Made by a program: the position numbers and the translations under genes
Assembly (NCBI GenBank): GCA_951406725.2
Contig: OX597833.1
Span: 39,432,001 to 39,496,000 of the forward strand
Direction: 5' to 3'
DNA length: 64,000 nt
From: Octopus vulgaris
Lineage: Eukaryota
Part shown: one piece after another, positions 1 to 13,980 of the stretch
Numbering within the stretch: position 1 is the first letter of the stretch
How the letters are laid out: each line of letters starts with the position of its first letter
The notes under the pieces: model-generated
Databases searched by the model: none
What the model was told of the DNA's origin: nothing
Seen by the model: only the letters and a program-made list of their open reading frames with translations

Positions 1-150
1 TGCAACTAGAAAGTTACCCTCCAAGGCACAAATTTGGGAAAGGTTGTTTATGGAAGACCAGCAATCACCAAAACACAGCCCAGTCCTCAGTCAAGGAAAT
101 TGAACTCACTACCTCATGATTGTGAGCCCGATGCTCTAACCACTGGACCG
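1..150 (-). mobile_element. tRNA-derived SINE (type D here), partial and internally deleted
   Basis: Reverse complement has a tRNA-like head (A box tggttagagc, B box gagttcaat) and matches the copies at 24576-24890 and 58880-59216. Confidence 0.7.
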
Positions 151-275
151 AATAAAATGAGCCAATGGTAGTGGTTGAAAAATGTGCATGGCAGTGAACC
201 ATTCCTCTAAAATAGCAAGAATCAATTCTTACAGCTGGAATTGTAAAACAATCAAAAGTTTCTATTCCACCTACA

Positions 276-391
276 TTAATGGTTATAAAATTCCAAAAAC
301 AGTGAGGTTCCTGAAACAACTTCTGCTGCAACTGTCAGTAATGGTATCGTATTCTTATTGTTGCAGAGGGTGGGGGAACAGCAATGGAACA
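276..391 (-). CDS. Possible terminal exon with a CCxxxLCN (Ly6/uPAR-like C-terminal) motif
   Basis: Acceptor ttctttgtgttgcag, then open frame (V)FHCCSPTLCNNKNTIPLLTVAAEVVSGTSLFLEFYNH*. No upstream exons identified. Confidence 0.2.
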
Positions 392-417
392 CTGCAACAC
401 AAAGAATAGCTGTTTCA

Positions 418-746
418 TATATGTACACACATGTGCAATACACAAACACACACACTTTTGCACATATGTACATGCATACATAACCCCCACAATCACATAT
501 ACACATAGATATACACAGATATGTGTGTATGCATGCGTATGTGTGTGTGTGTGTGTGTGTGTGCCTATATATATACATAAATATTACACATTTGCTCACA
601 CACACATATGTGTATATGCATGTATATATATGTATGATACATATACATATATACATATATATATATAAAATGGATATGTGCATATACACATTCATACATG
701 CATACATGTATACACATATACATATACATATACATATACATACATA

Positions 747-792
<46 letters not shown>

Positions 793-1048
793 CACATATG
801 TGTGTGTGTGTGCATGTATATACATATATATATACATGCATACAATTTTATATATATATTTGTGTATTTGTTTATACATATATATATATTAAATATGCAC
901 ATATATATAAAGAGAGAGGGAGAAGGATATATATATGTATGTATATATATATATATCCCTCTCTTTCTCTCTTTCTCTTTCTCTCCCTCTCTCTACATGT
1001 GTATGTGTGTGTATATGCATGTGTGTGCATGTGCATGTATACATGCAT
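418..1048. repeat. Compound (TA)n/(CA)n/(TG)n microsatellite
   Basis: Directly visible dinucleotide tracts. Confidence 0.95.
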
Positions 1049-1814
1049 AAATGGGAAACAAGTTTTCTGTAGGGTTTGCACTTTTGGAAACCTCACTATA
1101 ATGTATTTTTAAATAGATTTCTTACCTTTCAAATTTTCCTTTCAAAAGGGTTCACAATACCATTCAACATATATGTTCTATAATTTCAGAGCATGTCATT
1201 CATTTATTTCGAAAACTTATGGTTAAGTTCATTATCTCCCCACTATATATTGTGCTTTACCCCCTAATTACAGGCACAGCAAAAATCTCATTTCAATTTG
1301 CCTAAAGGCATATGTATGTTTAAATGTACATACACACACGCATGCATACACACACATGCATTCACACATTTATATATATATATATATATATGCGCAAAGA
1401 TATGTGTGTACACATATGGAAAATTTGCACGCATTTCCATCACAGAGCACAACTTAATTCAGCTGAACACAGTATTTTTCACTGAAGGTGCTCAATAACT
1501 AATTAAAAATTAATTGCATCTATGACAAAAGACTGTGAAAGAAATGATAATAACAGTAAAGGAGAAAACTCAGAATATACCGAAAGGCTGAAGATGCATA
1601 TGTGTGTGTGTGTGTGTGTGTATTACATCTCCCCCTCTCTCTCCCTTTTCTCTCCTGTGTTTGTTTGGTATATACACACACATATATATACACATATATA
1701 TACATATATACATACATATTACATACGTACATATATATAAATATGTATGAATATATGTAAGCATATATTTGTATGTATATATGTATATATGTATGTGTGT
1801 ATATGTGTGTGTGT

Positions 1815-1958
1815 GTAGCAAGAAGCTTGCTTCCCAACCAGATGGTTCCAGGTTCAGTCCCTTTGCGTGGTACCTTGGGCAAGTCTTCTGCTCTAGCCTC
1901 TGGCCAACCAAAGCCTTGTGCATGAATTTGGTAGATGGAAACTGAAAGAAGTCCATCG

Positions 1959-2017
<59 letters not shown>

Positions 2018-2272
2018 ATATATATGTGTATGGTTATGTGTGTATATGTCTTTGTGCCTGTGTTTGTCCCCCCCCCATCACTTTGACAACAAATGCTGTT
2101 GTGTTTCCATTCTCTTAACTTTGCAGTTCAGTAAAAGAGACCAATAGAATAAGTACTAGGCTTACACAGAATAAGTCCTGGAGTTGATTTCTTTGATTAA
2201 AAAACCCTTAATGATGGTACTTCTGCATGGCAGCAGTCAAATGACTGAAACAAGTAAAAGAATAAAAGAATA
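1815..2272 (+). mobile_element. tRNA-derived SINE (type A) with central microsatellite
   Basis: B box ggttcagtcc, gtggtaccttgggcaagt core, internal (TA)n(TG)n, tail gactgaaacaagtaaaagaataaaag; many copies in the window. Confidence 0.85.
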
Positions 2273-2302
2273 AAAAAATATAAATATATATATACGTTTA
2301 TA

Positions 2303-2346
<44 letters not shown>

Positions 2347-2347
2347 G

Positions 2348-2950
2348 TTAATTGCGAGGTAATATATGGTGTGGGGTGGTCATCCCTTCGGTGCTAAAGG
2401 TGGTACAGGGGACAGCAGATACCTCCTCCATGTCGCTGGTCCTGAATTGGTCATCATTTCTAGGCATGGCAATTGTACTGGTGATAACATACATTGTGGA
2501 CCTGGTCACTCTACCTGTGTCTATGGATTGTTCATTTTCTGTGGTGGTTGTACTGGGGTCTTTGGTGACACTCTCTGTGACACTGGTCCCAGACTGGTTA
2601 TTATCTCTGGGCATGGCAACTGTATTGGCGTGAGAGCTGGATAATCTACTGTTGGATGGTACAATACTGTTACTGCGGATAGCAGGTCTAGGTATCACCA
2701 TAGCCTCATAAATGACCTCTTCAACCTTGCATCGACCTCCTACTGGACAGTTATATACCCTGCAAGAGCAACCTGTCTCCTCCTTTGTATTGTGGGTATG
2801 TTAGGTGCACAACTAAAGGAGACTCTTAGGTTGTGTCTGTTAAATAAATGCCTGTATTTATGTGTGCATGTATGTCTATCAATCTAAGGAAAATCTTCCC
2901 ACACAAGTCTTGATGTTGAGTGAGAAGGGTGGAGCAAACCAAACAACATA
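2348..2950 (-). mobile_element. Degenerate Penelope-like element fragment (linker and start of GIY-YIG endonuclease)
   Basis: Translation across frameshifts: VVWFAPPFSLNIKT..IFLRLID..HLFNRHNLRVSFSCAPN..GCSCRVYNCPVGGRCKVEEVIYEAMV, homologous to the copy at 21150-23170. Confidence 0.75.
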
Positions 2951-3371
2951 TATATACACACATAGACACATTTTTATAGACAAATCCCTCTTTCAATATT
3001 TTCTCTGACTCCATCCCAATAAGTTTATCCATTATTACATTTACAGATTAACCAGCATATTTTGCTTCAATGGCAAAAATAATATCAAAAAGCATCAGTG
3101 ACATTTCTCAAGATATTCAAGTATTATAAACAGACAGGTGAATGAACCATAGAGGAGGCTTCAAAATAGTCGTTCAACACGATAGAAATAGCAGATGAAT
3201 TTGTTTCTAATCACATTCCTACAAGTGGTAAGAACACATTTGTCACTTCAGTAGTCATCCTTGATTTTGTAAGCGACAGTATGGTCAGGGCCAGAATGGT
3301 CTTTGATCATGAGGCTACTTGATCAAGTTGAACAGAGGCTAAAAAAAAATATCATTGTCAGATTAATTTTT

Positions 3372-3597
3372 TCTAATTTTGGAACACAATCAACAGTTTG
3401 AGGTGTGTGTGTGGGGGGGAGAGGAAGGTCAATTATATTAATGCCAGTACTGGGCTAATACTTATTTTATTGACATTGAAAGGATGAAAAACAAAGTTGA
3501 CCTTAATTGTATTTGATCTAAGAATGTAAAGAGCTGGAAGAAATGTTGCTCTCTATTTCACCTGACATGCTAATAATTCAGCCAACTTGCCCTCTTA
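3372..3597 (-). mobile_element. tRNA-derived SINE (type B), diverged
   Basis: Shares the tacttattttattgac..tgaaaggatgaaa..caaagttgacct block with copies at 12888 and 41600. Confidence 0.7.
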
Positions 3598-3842
3598 ACT
3601 TAAGATTAATGACACAAATTAGTTATCTGGTGGACAAATTTTACTGTGTAATAATTTTTCTGTTTTTTGTCTTTGGTCAGAAGTGTTATTTCCTATTTGT
3701 TTCCATCAAGAAATCAAAGGAAATGATTATAATTCCCTTCAAACTTTGCTCTTGTGACCTGAGCATCCATGTTTTGAAACATCTATTTTCCATTACATTT
3801 CAGACAGATTCAGTGCTGAGTTGATGAAGCAGAAATATCATT

Positions 3843-4010
3843 ATAGCAAATATTCTACTCATTACTATAGATTTTTTTTTGTCAGTTGCTTGACCTTCAT
3901 CACTTCAGCATGTCCCTTAGTAGTTGATGATATTTGCACCACTGATCATTAGCAAGAGTAGAGGAGGAGCATCATAGCCATGTGTTGAGAGGAATTCTTT
4001 GGGGTTTGAT
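3843..4010 (+). repeat. Fragment of ~490-bp interspersed repeat
   Basis: Matches 38655-38820 (agcaaatattct...gagcatcatagccatgtgttgagagg). Confidence 0.75.
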
Positions 4011-4239
4011 TAAATGCAACAAAAGCAAAGTTTGAAGGAAATAGCCATTTTTCATACTTTCTACGGGTGAGCAAATAGGAAAAAAACAGTTGTTACCCAA
4101 GGATGAAGATATGATAAATTATCACCAGATAGAGAAAAGGCATTTTCCCATGAAATTTTTCCACAGTAATATAAAATCATTATTATTCTTTGCCACAGCA
4201 GATATTTAGATAGTTTTACATTTTTCTTTTACTTTGCTT

Positions 4240-4610
4240 ATAACAACCCATCAAATGGGCTATCTTCCTCTGTCTCCAGCACATTGTTTCTCATAGGAGT
4301 GGATGTGGTTGATAAGACTGATAAAAGATAAACAGATCCTGTGACACTGACACCACTGAATATGACCACAAGCAACAGCTGCATGGGGTTGATGATGACA
4401 TCTTTTCCTCCCTTCATGCAGTCTCCTGTGTTTGGTTTCAGAGTGTCTGACTCCAGCATCACACATGGACTTCCATGCCTTCTGATTAACAGCCTAGGGC
4501 TCCAAACAATTGGAGGGAGCATCACATAAAATAAGAGACTGTTTGAGATGATCATGAAAACGAAGATTTTGGATGTCCATGAGTCCTACATTCAGTCTTG
4601 ATGAAACAAG
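4240..4610 (-). mobile_element. RTE-BovB-like LINE 3' fragment
   Basis: LRFHDHLKQSL...AWKSMCDAGVRHSETKHRRLHEGRKR...CQCHRICLSFISLINHIHS, the typical RTE ORF C-terminus with a C2H2 finger. Confidence 0.65.
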
Positions 4611-5494
4611 ACTGGAATTAAGGTAGTATCATTTTAAACAGGCCATATTCAGCCCAAGTATTCTTGCTGTTTTATGTTCAAACCAGCCAGATCTGGCTTC
4701 TTGCATCTAACCTACAATGTCGTCCTAAAGTAAATAATCCCATTATCAATACCTCGAAGTTACAAGATAATGCATGACTAATTCAAAACAGTGTGAATAA
4801 ATAAGAATTACATTTGACAGAATAAGCTGAATGCTAAAAGGTTAAAGGAGATTTAGTTGCTTGTCGCAAGTAAGGGATTGCATAGAAAATTCCCTGTTGG
4901 CTTATTGACTTGGATTTGTCTAGCTTGATGGCTGGCCAGTGAGATAGTTGATTGGTTGGCTAGTTTGTTCTCTGACTAGTTGGTGGAATGCTTGACTGAC
5001 TGTCATTGGTGTTGTTGTTATTTAACCCCAACTCAGCTCTGATTGAATACATTTATGATCAAAAACATTCCAGCCATGCCCAATTTTTTAAATTTTTACC
5101 TTTGTGCAAGGAACTCCTAGACCTCATTACCCAATATATCCATTTTTTCCCCCTTTTAAAGCAGTGGATTACAAATTAAAGAAAATCCATTTGCTCTTAT
5201 AGTAGGTTGAACCCTTTTATCAGGTGGTTGTCTGCCTGGTCAGTAGGTTTGCAGGCTGATAGGTGTAGTAGTTAGAAGTCTAAGGGGCTCATAGGTAGAC
5301 TGACAGTCTGTATGTCTGACTGACTGTTGAGTAAACATACTACAATGGCTCATCCACTCAGACATTGCAGTTCTACAACAAATTCTATAAAATATGATTA
5401 TTTCTTACATAATATCTGATTGTTAACATTTCAGATGAGAGAAACTTCTCTGATAACATATTTCCATGTCAATATATCAACATCAACATCATAT

Positions 5495-5502
5495 TATATA
5501 AA

Positions 5503-5575
<73 letters not shown>

Positions 5576-5661
5576 CAATAAATAAATATATATATGTGCA
5601 CATGTGTGCGTGTGTGTGTGTATGCATTTTTTTTTAATATGTATGCTTGAATGCCTGTGTG

Positions 5662-5705
<44 letters not shown>

Positions 5706-5755
5706 AATATACACATGTCCAAACACACATATGCATGCTCAAACAATGTGCACAA

Positions 5756-5851
<96 letters not shown>

Positions 5852-5905
5852 ACATATATATATATATTTATACACACACACACACACACACGCACATATA
5901 TACAT
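5495..5905. repeat. (TA)n-rich microsatellite
   Basis: Directly visible. Confidence 0.95.
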
Positions 5906-6352
5906 AAACCATCTTATATTACATTGTCAGAAAGTTTCTAAAACCAGTGATTTAGACCTATCAACCTTATGTTATTAGATCCTGAGTTTATCATCCAGCT
6001 CTGACAGGCTACAAAGATGCAAGAAGTCAGCGAAGAAGGTGGAGACGATGGTGGCTGTTGTTTTATCATCTCTACTAAAAATATGCTTCTATGCCAACAT
6101 TGTTGAAACTCAAAGGCAGTTGGTCTGCCAAACACAAAGATTAGGTGTTTGATGAGCATAATTTACTGCGTGCAGTTCAAATATGTTTGCTGGTTCTATT
6201 CCTATAAAAGTATAGCACCAAATTTTACCTTAATTGAATATGTTGCTGGGTTAGCTCATCTGAGCAGAAGATTCTCTCTAGCAGACCCAGACCACTACCA
6301 CAGAACCAGAGTGGAAGTGGAATCTCTGCAAAAAAATTTCTCTAAACAAAAG

Positions 6353-6433
<81 letters not shown>

Positions 6434-6624
6434 GCTGCTACGACTACTAATACTACTATCACTACTACCACCTGCACTTTGAACACTAGAAACTTGTGTA
6501 CCATGTATGTATGTATTTATGCATGTGTGTGTGTGTGTATGTATATATATATATATATACATATATTCTATTTATATATGTATCTATATGTACATATATA
6601 TATGTTTGTATGTATCTATGTATG

Positions 6625-6709
<85 letters not shown>

Positions 6710-6960
6710 GTATATGCAAAAGTGATTTCCTGTTACGACTACTAATACTACTATCACTACTACCACCTGCACTTTGAACACTAGAAACTTGTGTGCCATG
6801 TATGTATGTATTTATGCATGTGTGTGTGTGTGTGTATATATATATACATATATTCTATTTATATATGTATCTATATGTACATATATGTACATATATGTGT
6901 ATATATATGTATATAAATACATATACAGGCGTATATGCATATATACATACATACATATAA
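6353..6960. repeat. (ACT)n and (TA)n tracts with a ~150-bp direct duplication
   Basis: tacgactactaatactactatcactactaccacctgcactttgaacactagaaacttgtgt... at ~6439 and ~6734. Confidence 0.9.
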
Positions 6961-7464
6961 TAATAAATATATCTATACAGTTATAACTTATGGTAGCTGT
7001 TCCCAGAATCTGCCAATAAAATCTACATATGTTGTTTATGCATGCAACGCATTTATGCATGTGTGTATGTATGCATGTTTAGGTGTCCATATGCATTTCT
7101 TTACATATAAGCAAGGTAGGTGCATGTATGCTAATACAGATATATGCACATATATATTTATGTACATATTTTTATATGTAAATGTGAATAAAAGCATTTA
7201 TATATGCATGTATGTATTTATGCACATGTTTGTATATATGCATGCGTATAGGTGTATATGAATGTATATATTTATTTACACACATTTGCGTGTGTGTATA
7301 TTGATGTACATACGCATGCATGTATGCAAATAGATAAGTAATCAATATAAATATTTATGTTGTCTACAAAAGCTCCTAATATACATCTCAACTATAGTAT
7401 TACAATTGAGAATAAACACATACATTCATTAATTGCACTTAACTGGATGCGTTTGATATATGTA

Positions 7465-7515
<51 letters not shown>

Positions 7516-7671
7516 AACTACTGCTGCTGCTGCTGCTGCTTCTCCTGTTGCTGCTGCTGCTGCTAATGCTGTTCTTGCTGCTGCTGATAATAATAATGGT
7601 TTCAAAATTTGGCACAAGGCCAGCAGGTTTGAGGGAGGGAATAAGCTGATTACATCACCCTCCCCCCAGTG

Positions 7672-8063
7672 CTCATCATCCTCATCATCAACATTTAGCA
7701 TCCATTTCCCATGCTGGCATGGGTTGGATGGTTTGACAGGAACTGGCAAGGCCATGGGCCACACCAGGTTCCATAGTCTGTTTTGGCTCGGTTTCTATGG
7801 TTGGATGCCCTTCCTAACACCAACATTACAGAATGCATTACATGCTTTTTATGTATCATCACCAGTGCTTTTAATGTGGCACCAGCACCATTGTTTTTTA
7901 CATGGCACCTGCCCCACATCAACACTCTTGGTTTTAGGATCTCAATTCTGCTATGGTGGGTGGGTCTCCTTGAGTACAGGAATGCACCACATATCTCTCG
8001 GTCTTCTGTTATCTCTTTCATGAGGTCCAGCATTTTGAAACTGGCTTTCAGTACTTTGTCCCA
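7672..8063 (-). mobile_element. RTE LINE 3' end
   Basis: (GAT)n tail and ccatgctggcatgggttggatggtttgac terminal block, as in the element at 15334-17519. Confidence 0.75.
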
Positions 8064-8099
8064 TCAATACTTTGAAGCCATTAACGATAATGATAAAGA

Positions 8100-8495
8100 T
8101 TTTTGGTTAATGCACAAGGCCAGCAATTTTGAAACAAACAAGTTAATCAATCCCATCAACCCTGTTGCTTGATTTGTACTTAAAGCAAAGTATTTGTCTG
8201 GTACTTAAGCTCAACTTTGAAATGGTTAAAAGCAAAGTTTACTTCAATGAAATTTCAGCTCAGAATGTAAAGAGTTGAAACAAATACCACAAGGTAGTTT
8301 TTCTAACTCATTAATGATTCTGCCAAATATTAATTATAACTGTTTCTAACATAGGCATAAGATCAGAAATTTAGGAGAGAAGAATAGTTAAATATATTGA
8401 TCCCAAAACTTGACTGATGTTTTATTTCACTGACCCCAAAACTATTAAATGCAAGATTGACCTCAGCAGGTTTGAACTTGGGGTATAAAGAGCCA
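8100..8495 (-). mobile_element. Two diverged type B SINEs
   Basis: cacaaggccagcaattt tail and aaagcaaagtt..ctcagaatgtaaag core. Confidence 0.55.
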
Positions 8496-8519
8496 AAATG
8501 ACAAATCGTGAAGAAGGTG

Positions 8520-9060
8520 AAACATCATGACCAGCTTTAGCTTCAGATAACCTTGCTGGACTTCAAAACGTAGATTGATGCAATTTTTGGCTAAAGAAGT
8601 AGAATGCTGTGAAAAAAAAAACTAATCTCAACAAATAAAGTAACATGGAAAATACTAAAAAGAGATGCAAGAGCCAGACATAGACTAAATAAGAACACAC
8701 CAGTGAGTAAAGAGAACTGGGATGAGAGCTAAGATGGAGGACCTGATAACTGTTGCAGAAGATCAGTTTCTTGTACCTTGATTCTATTTCTGTTATATCA
8801 TCAAGAATGTAATTGACTCACATCTATGGAAGAAGCCATCTATTACCCTGTCTAAAAGTAAAGATAAGAGACTTATTTGGGGGACCAAAAACTGCTCAAA
8901 GACCAAATATATCCGCAAGTATAACAAGGTACTGTTGGTACTGGAAAATAAATAGTACTTACAAGATTAAGATGATCTAGGACTTGTAAAGATCAACAGC
9001 CAAATTATGGTCACTTGACAACAATGTCTCCACCTTTCTGGGACATGTCTATCCCCACTG
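8520..9060 (+). mobile_element. Highly decayed R4/Dong-type LINE fragment
   Basis: GMRAKMEDLITVAEDQ...IIKNVID resembles the ETEGxxxAAQDQ block of RLE-type LINEs. Confidence 0.45.
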
Positions 9061-9835
9061 ACAGAGTGATAAAAGATGCAACTGCATTTTGCAGTGACCT
9101 CTCATCTGAAGACAAAAACAAAACTGGTTATGCTTAGGATAACACCAGGCATGGATGGTTGATCTTGACATACACTTTAAACTGATCTGAATTGATCAAA
9201 ACCCTACCAAAGCCAGATCTACAGATGAAACTTTTTATGATGTAATGCATCAAGTGGAGGTTGTTAAGAGTAAATCTGCCAGTAAATGCACAATTTATGC
9301 ATTTCTGACGAACTATTAATGACAAGTGCCTGGTTCGAGGTGAGCAGAGTTATGAGTTTCAAGTTGTCTGTTATGTCCCTTTGTTGGACAGCATCACTAT
9401 TCCACGGTTGATATTCCTTGCAATCTTTCCTTCAACTACCTGTTATAATAGAGTTTTCAAAACAACAGCAAACAGGTCTTGCATGTAGCAATAAAGTTTG
9501 TTGGGAAACCATCCAATCACAGTAATTTGTTGATCACACATTACTCAACATATCTTCGATTTCATTTGCTGAAATTGGTTTCCTACAATTTTCTGTTTTA
9601 GCACCAACAGTTGCAACAAACCATCAATGTGTGCTTTGAAGTTCAGCATCACTCTTTTCTGACAGTTTGTGAAAGTCCTGCTGAATAACCAAACATCTGT
9701 TGAGAAGCAGATAAGATACTGGCCACTGAAATTCACCCAAACAGAAGGTAATATACTATACATTTATAGAGAAAGAGTTTAGTCAATTACATTGGTCTTC
9801 AATATATTGCTGATCACTTTATATTTTAATAAAAA

Positions 9836-10203
9836 AATAATGAAATTATTGTATACAGTACTCAGGAGCACCACAACTTGTCAAAAGTGCATATAAAGCA
9901 TGTGCAGTAATGTACAAATGTCTGGAAAGTGAACAGTGTATGAGTCACATACATGCTTGCGTGTGTATGGAGGGGAGAAAATCGGGTGTAGTGTTGGCGA
10001 ATCTCAGGAAGCATGGAAGCTTTGAAGGATGCAGTGCTCCGACAACTAACAACTGATGCTGGCAGTTTGCTCCATGCTTCAGCAACTCTTAGCGTGAAAA
10101 AATGTTTCCAAAAGTCGTGGGAGCTGTGCTGTTTTCTGACTTTGTAAACATGTCCATGGGTGTTAGACAGATGGAGTTTGAAAAGGTGCTCAGAGTTATT
10201 TTG
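9836..10203 (-). mobile_element. CR1-type LINE 3' end
   Basis: HGHVYKVRKQHSSHDFWKHFFTLRVAEAWSKLP-type C-terminus; near-identical to 32152-32540. Confidence 0.8.
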
Positions 10204-10599
10204 ATTCCAATTCTTCTATGAATGATTCAATAATGCTTCTAATATAATCACAAAGCCTGAAATTAGGGGTGAGGATATAATTGGGTTTATAACCTGGAAG
10301 GACTGAAAGGCAAAGTTGATTTTTGCAAAATTAGAGCTTTATACCACAAAACATTTTGTCTGTTGTGTGTTGCCAATCTATTTCTTTTGTGATGTGAAAG
10401 AGCTCTATATTGACTTAAGGGAAGGTTAGAAATTCCATGAGATGGCACCATCAATGGAATTGTTTCCCCCCATGCTTAATAGGGATGAATTTTAATAGAT
10501 TTTGAAACAAAGCTAGAAGAAATTTTACATCAGAGGAATTTGAGCTCAAAATACGAAGGGAAGTGACCAGTGCTAAGCTGCCAAAATTGTAATAACTGG

Positions 10600-10778
10600 T
10601 TTATTTGTTCTTTTATTCTTTTATTCTTTTTCTTGTTTCAGTCATTTGACTGTGGCCATGGTTTTAGTTGAAGAAATCAACCTCAGGACTTATTCTTTGT
10701 AAGCCTTGTACTTATTCTATCAGTCTCTTTTGTTGAATCACTAAGTTTCAGGGACATAAGCACTCCAGCATCGGTTAT
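10600..10778 (-). mobile_element. Type A SINE 3' part
   Basis: ttgtttcagtcatttgactgtggccatg...ggacttattctttgtaagcc. Confidence 0.75.
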
Positions 10779-11377
10779 GTCAACATTTTAACAATTTTTT
10801 TCTTTACTGACTCTATATGTTTATTGTTCATGTAGTAAGCAACAAAATTCATACATTAACTTGACTTCCTGTAATTCAAAGAGTTAACGGTTCCAGCCGA
10901 CAAAATGGCAAAGGTGTTCCTGCAGAGGATGGTGAGAGAGATGTGCTGGGACAAGTAAACAAATTGTTTACTGACCTTCAAAACTTTTACCCATAGACTC
11001 TGTGCAAAAATACTTCAAATGAGACAATAAAATATACACTTATCAAAATGGAGTAGAATTGGAATTCAAAGAAGATTGTGATGAGTTGTGTCAACAACAA
11101 GCAATGTGTATTTATGCCTAAGAATATAATTACATTTTTTATTTCTCTGTACTATTTCTAAATTGTAACACTCAATGTTCATTCAACAGTCTTCTTTCTA
11201 TAACTGCAGCATGTTATATATATATATACTACTGCTATATATATATATTATACACAACTGCATTTGTCAAGATATAGGATAAGGAGATAATGATTTTGAA
11301 ATGATGCATTCTGAGTGAGACTCATTTCTACTTTGTCATTGTGTTTATATATGAACTAACTCTATGTGAACTAACTA

Positions 11378-11865
11378 CACACACACACACATACACACAC
11401 ACATACACACAAACTCACATACATACATACTCACATACATACATACATACATACATACATACATGCATGCATACATATATATTCATATACACATACATAC
11501 GTACATAAATACACATACACATACATACATACGTATATATACATACATACATGCATACATACACACACATACATACTCACATACATACTTACATACATAC
11601 GTACATACACATACACACACACATACATACTCATATACATACATACATACATACATACATACGTATGTACGTACATACATACATACATACATACATACGT
11701 ATGTATGTACATACATACATACATACATACATACATACTTACATACATACATACATACATACATACACACACACATACATACATACATACATGCATACAT
11801 ACGTACACATACACACACACACACATACATACTCATATACATACTTACATAAATACATACATACA

Positions 11866-11899
<34 letters not shown>

Positions 11900-12302
11900 C
11901 ATATATACATACATACATACATACGCACGTACATACATACATACATACATACATACATACATACATACATACATACATACGTACGTACACACACACACAT
12001 CCATGGGTGTGTTCATGATGCATTGTGCTAAAATAACTGATACTTTCTTTTGTTTGATTTTACAATTTAAAATTTTTTCTTCCATATTTTTTTTTTATTT
12101 TCTCCTGCCATAAGTAAAGGTGAGAGAGATTTGTTTTCTTTGAGATTTAAACATAGTACAAAATTATATAACATACTTAGTTGGCAATAAATCTTATATA
12201 CTACATACATTGCCAAATCTATGCCTCTGGAAAATTTATTCTGGATGTTTGACAAAATATATATATATTACTAGTGTGATTGTATATAGAGATGTATATA
12301 TA

Positions 12303-12368
<66 letters not shown>

Positions 12369-12379
12369 TACACACACAC

Positions 12380-12426
<47 letters not shown>

Positions 12427-12597
12427 GTCACTCATATAGGTAGATAGATAGACAGACTGACAGGTAGATATAGATAGATAGATAGATAGATAGGTGGATG
12501 GATAGATAGACAGACAGACAGACAGACAGAGAGACGGACTGACAGACAGGCAGACAGACGGACTGACAGATTGACAGACAGACAGACAGACAAACAT

Positions 12598-12643
<46 letters not shown>

Positions 12644-12645
12644 TA
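11378..12645. repeat. (ACAT)n, (CA)n, (TA)n and (GATA)n/(GACA)n microsatellites
   Basis: Directly visible tetra- and dinucleotide arrays separated by a short unique stretch. Confidence 0.95.
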
Positions 12646-12887
12646 TATATATTAAATTTGCTTTGCTAGGACTTTGATCTGAAATTGTGTTGAAACCAAA
12701 ATTTTTTATGTTTTGGATGAGTCACCTTATTAAAACCCTTCAATGCACTCACCAGATGCTGCTAATATTTATACTTTCTTCTATTTTCTTATTCTCCCCA
12801 AATTTTCTTGTATCTTCACCTCTGTGACCTTTGGGGAGTGATAGGGAGTTTCCAAATAACAATTTAACTTTTTCAACTGAATCATTC

Positions 12888-13092
12888 CTTTCTATCCTTG
12901 GCACAAGGCCCTAAATTTTGGGGGAAGGGGTCAGTCGATTAGATCGTCCTCAGTATGCAACTGGTACCTAATTTATCGACCTCCCAAAAGGATGAAAGGC
13001 AAAGTCGACCTCAGCGGAATTTGAACTCAGAACGTGAAGACAGACGAAATACCACTTAGCATTTCGTCCGGAATGCTAATGTTTCTGCCAGT
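12888..13092 (-). mobile_element. Type B SINE, well preserved
   Basis: Reverse complement: ctggcagaaacattagc...ttctgagttcaaattccgctgaggtcgactttgcctttcatcc; B box gagttcaaa. Confidence 0.85.
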
Positions 13093-13108
13093 CTTCAACT
13101 GAATTATT

Positions 13109-13237
<129 letters not shown>

Positions 13238-13980
13238 TGCATTTCTATGGAAAACATGTGTAACCAGGATGAGATACTCTGATTGGCCTGTGTGACCTTT
13301 TATATGTTGTATATCAGGTTTTATTCTTTTGTTTATTTTATTATATTCTTTACTTTATGGTTTGCAGTTATTTGTATGCTTTCTCTTAAATGTTTAAACT
13401 TGTTCTCTTATATATTTTGTTATGTCATTCACCTCTCCTACTTGTTTTCATAGAACTTCTTTTTACCCTAAGCAACATACCTTTGTCAACATCCTATTTA
13501 ACATGTCATGTTCATGCTTACGTAAATAGTATGAACAATTTACTTCAATGTTTAATATATGGACCACATATTTGTGATCTGCACAGACAACATAAATAGG
13601 GGTCACAGACATGGACTGCACATGTTTGCACTTCCCCAACCAAACCACTGGTAGCAAGTGCCAATCTTTTTGCTAACACCTTAACCGAAATCTGTAACTC
13701 AGCCTTTTGCAAGGTTGTAGATCATAAATAATCTCTAATATCCTAGTTGTTGCTGTCCTTTCCCAGCATTTTAACACATCTCAACTCACAGAACTGAAAA
13801 TTTAACCATTCTGCTGTCAGTTGAAGGGGATGTTTGCTAAGAGATAACCAAACAAGTCAGAAATATAACTCACTGCAGGGCAGATCAGCCAAATCAGATT
13901 TGTCCTTGTACAACTACTCACTATTTCCTGTATTTCACTTGCTACTACTGATCTTCCACAATGCCTTGTGTTTTCTTCCC

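Noticed and set aside
2348-2701. Host mucin gene
   Set aside because: In frame with Penelope-like endonuclease motifs, so treated as TE-derived
6202-6210. TATA box ctataaaag
   Set aside because: No supporting downstream gene structure; common in AT-rich DNA
276-12650. Many long ORFs rich in YI/CV/HT dipeptides
   Set aside because: They are translations of (TA)n, (TG)n, (CA)n and (ACAT)n microsatellites
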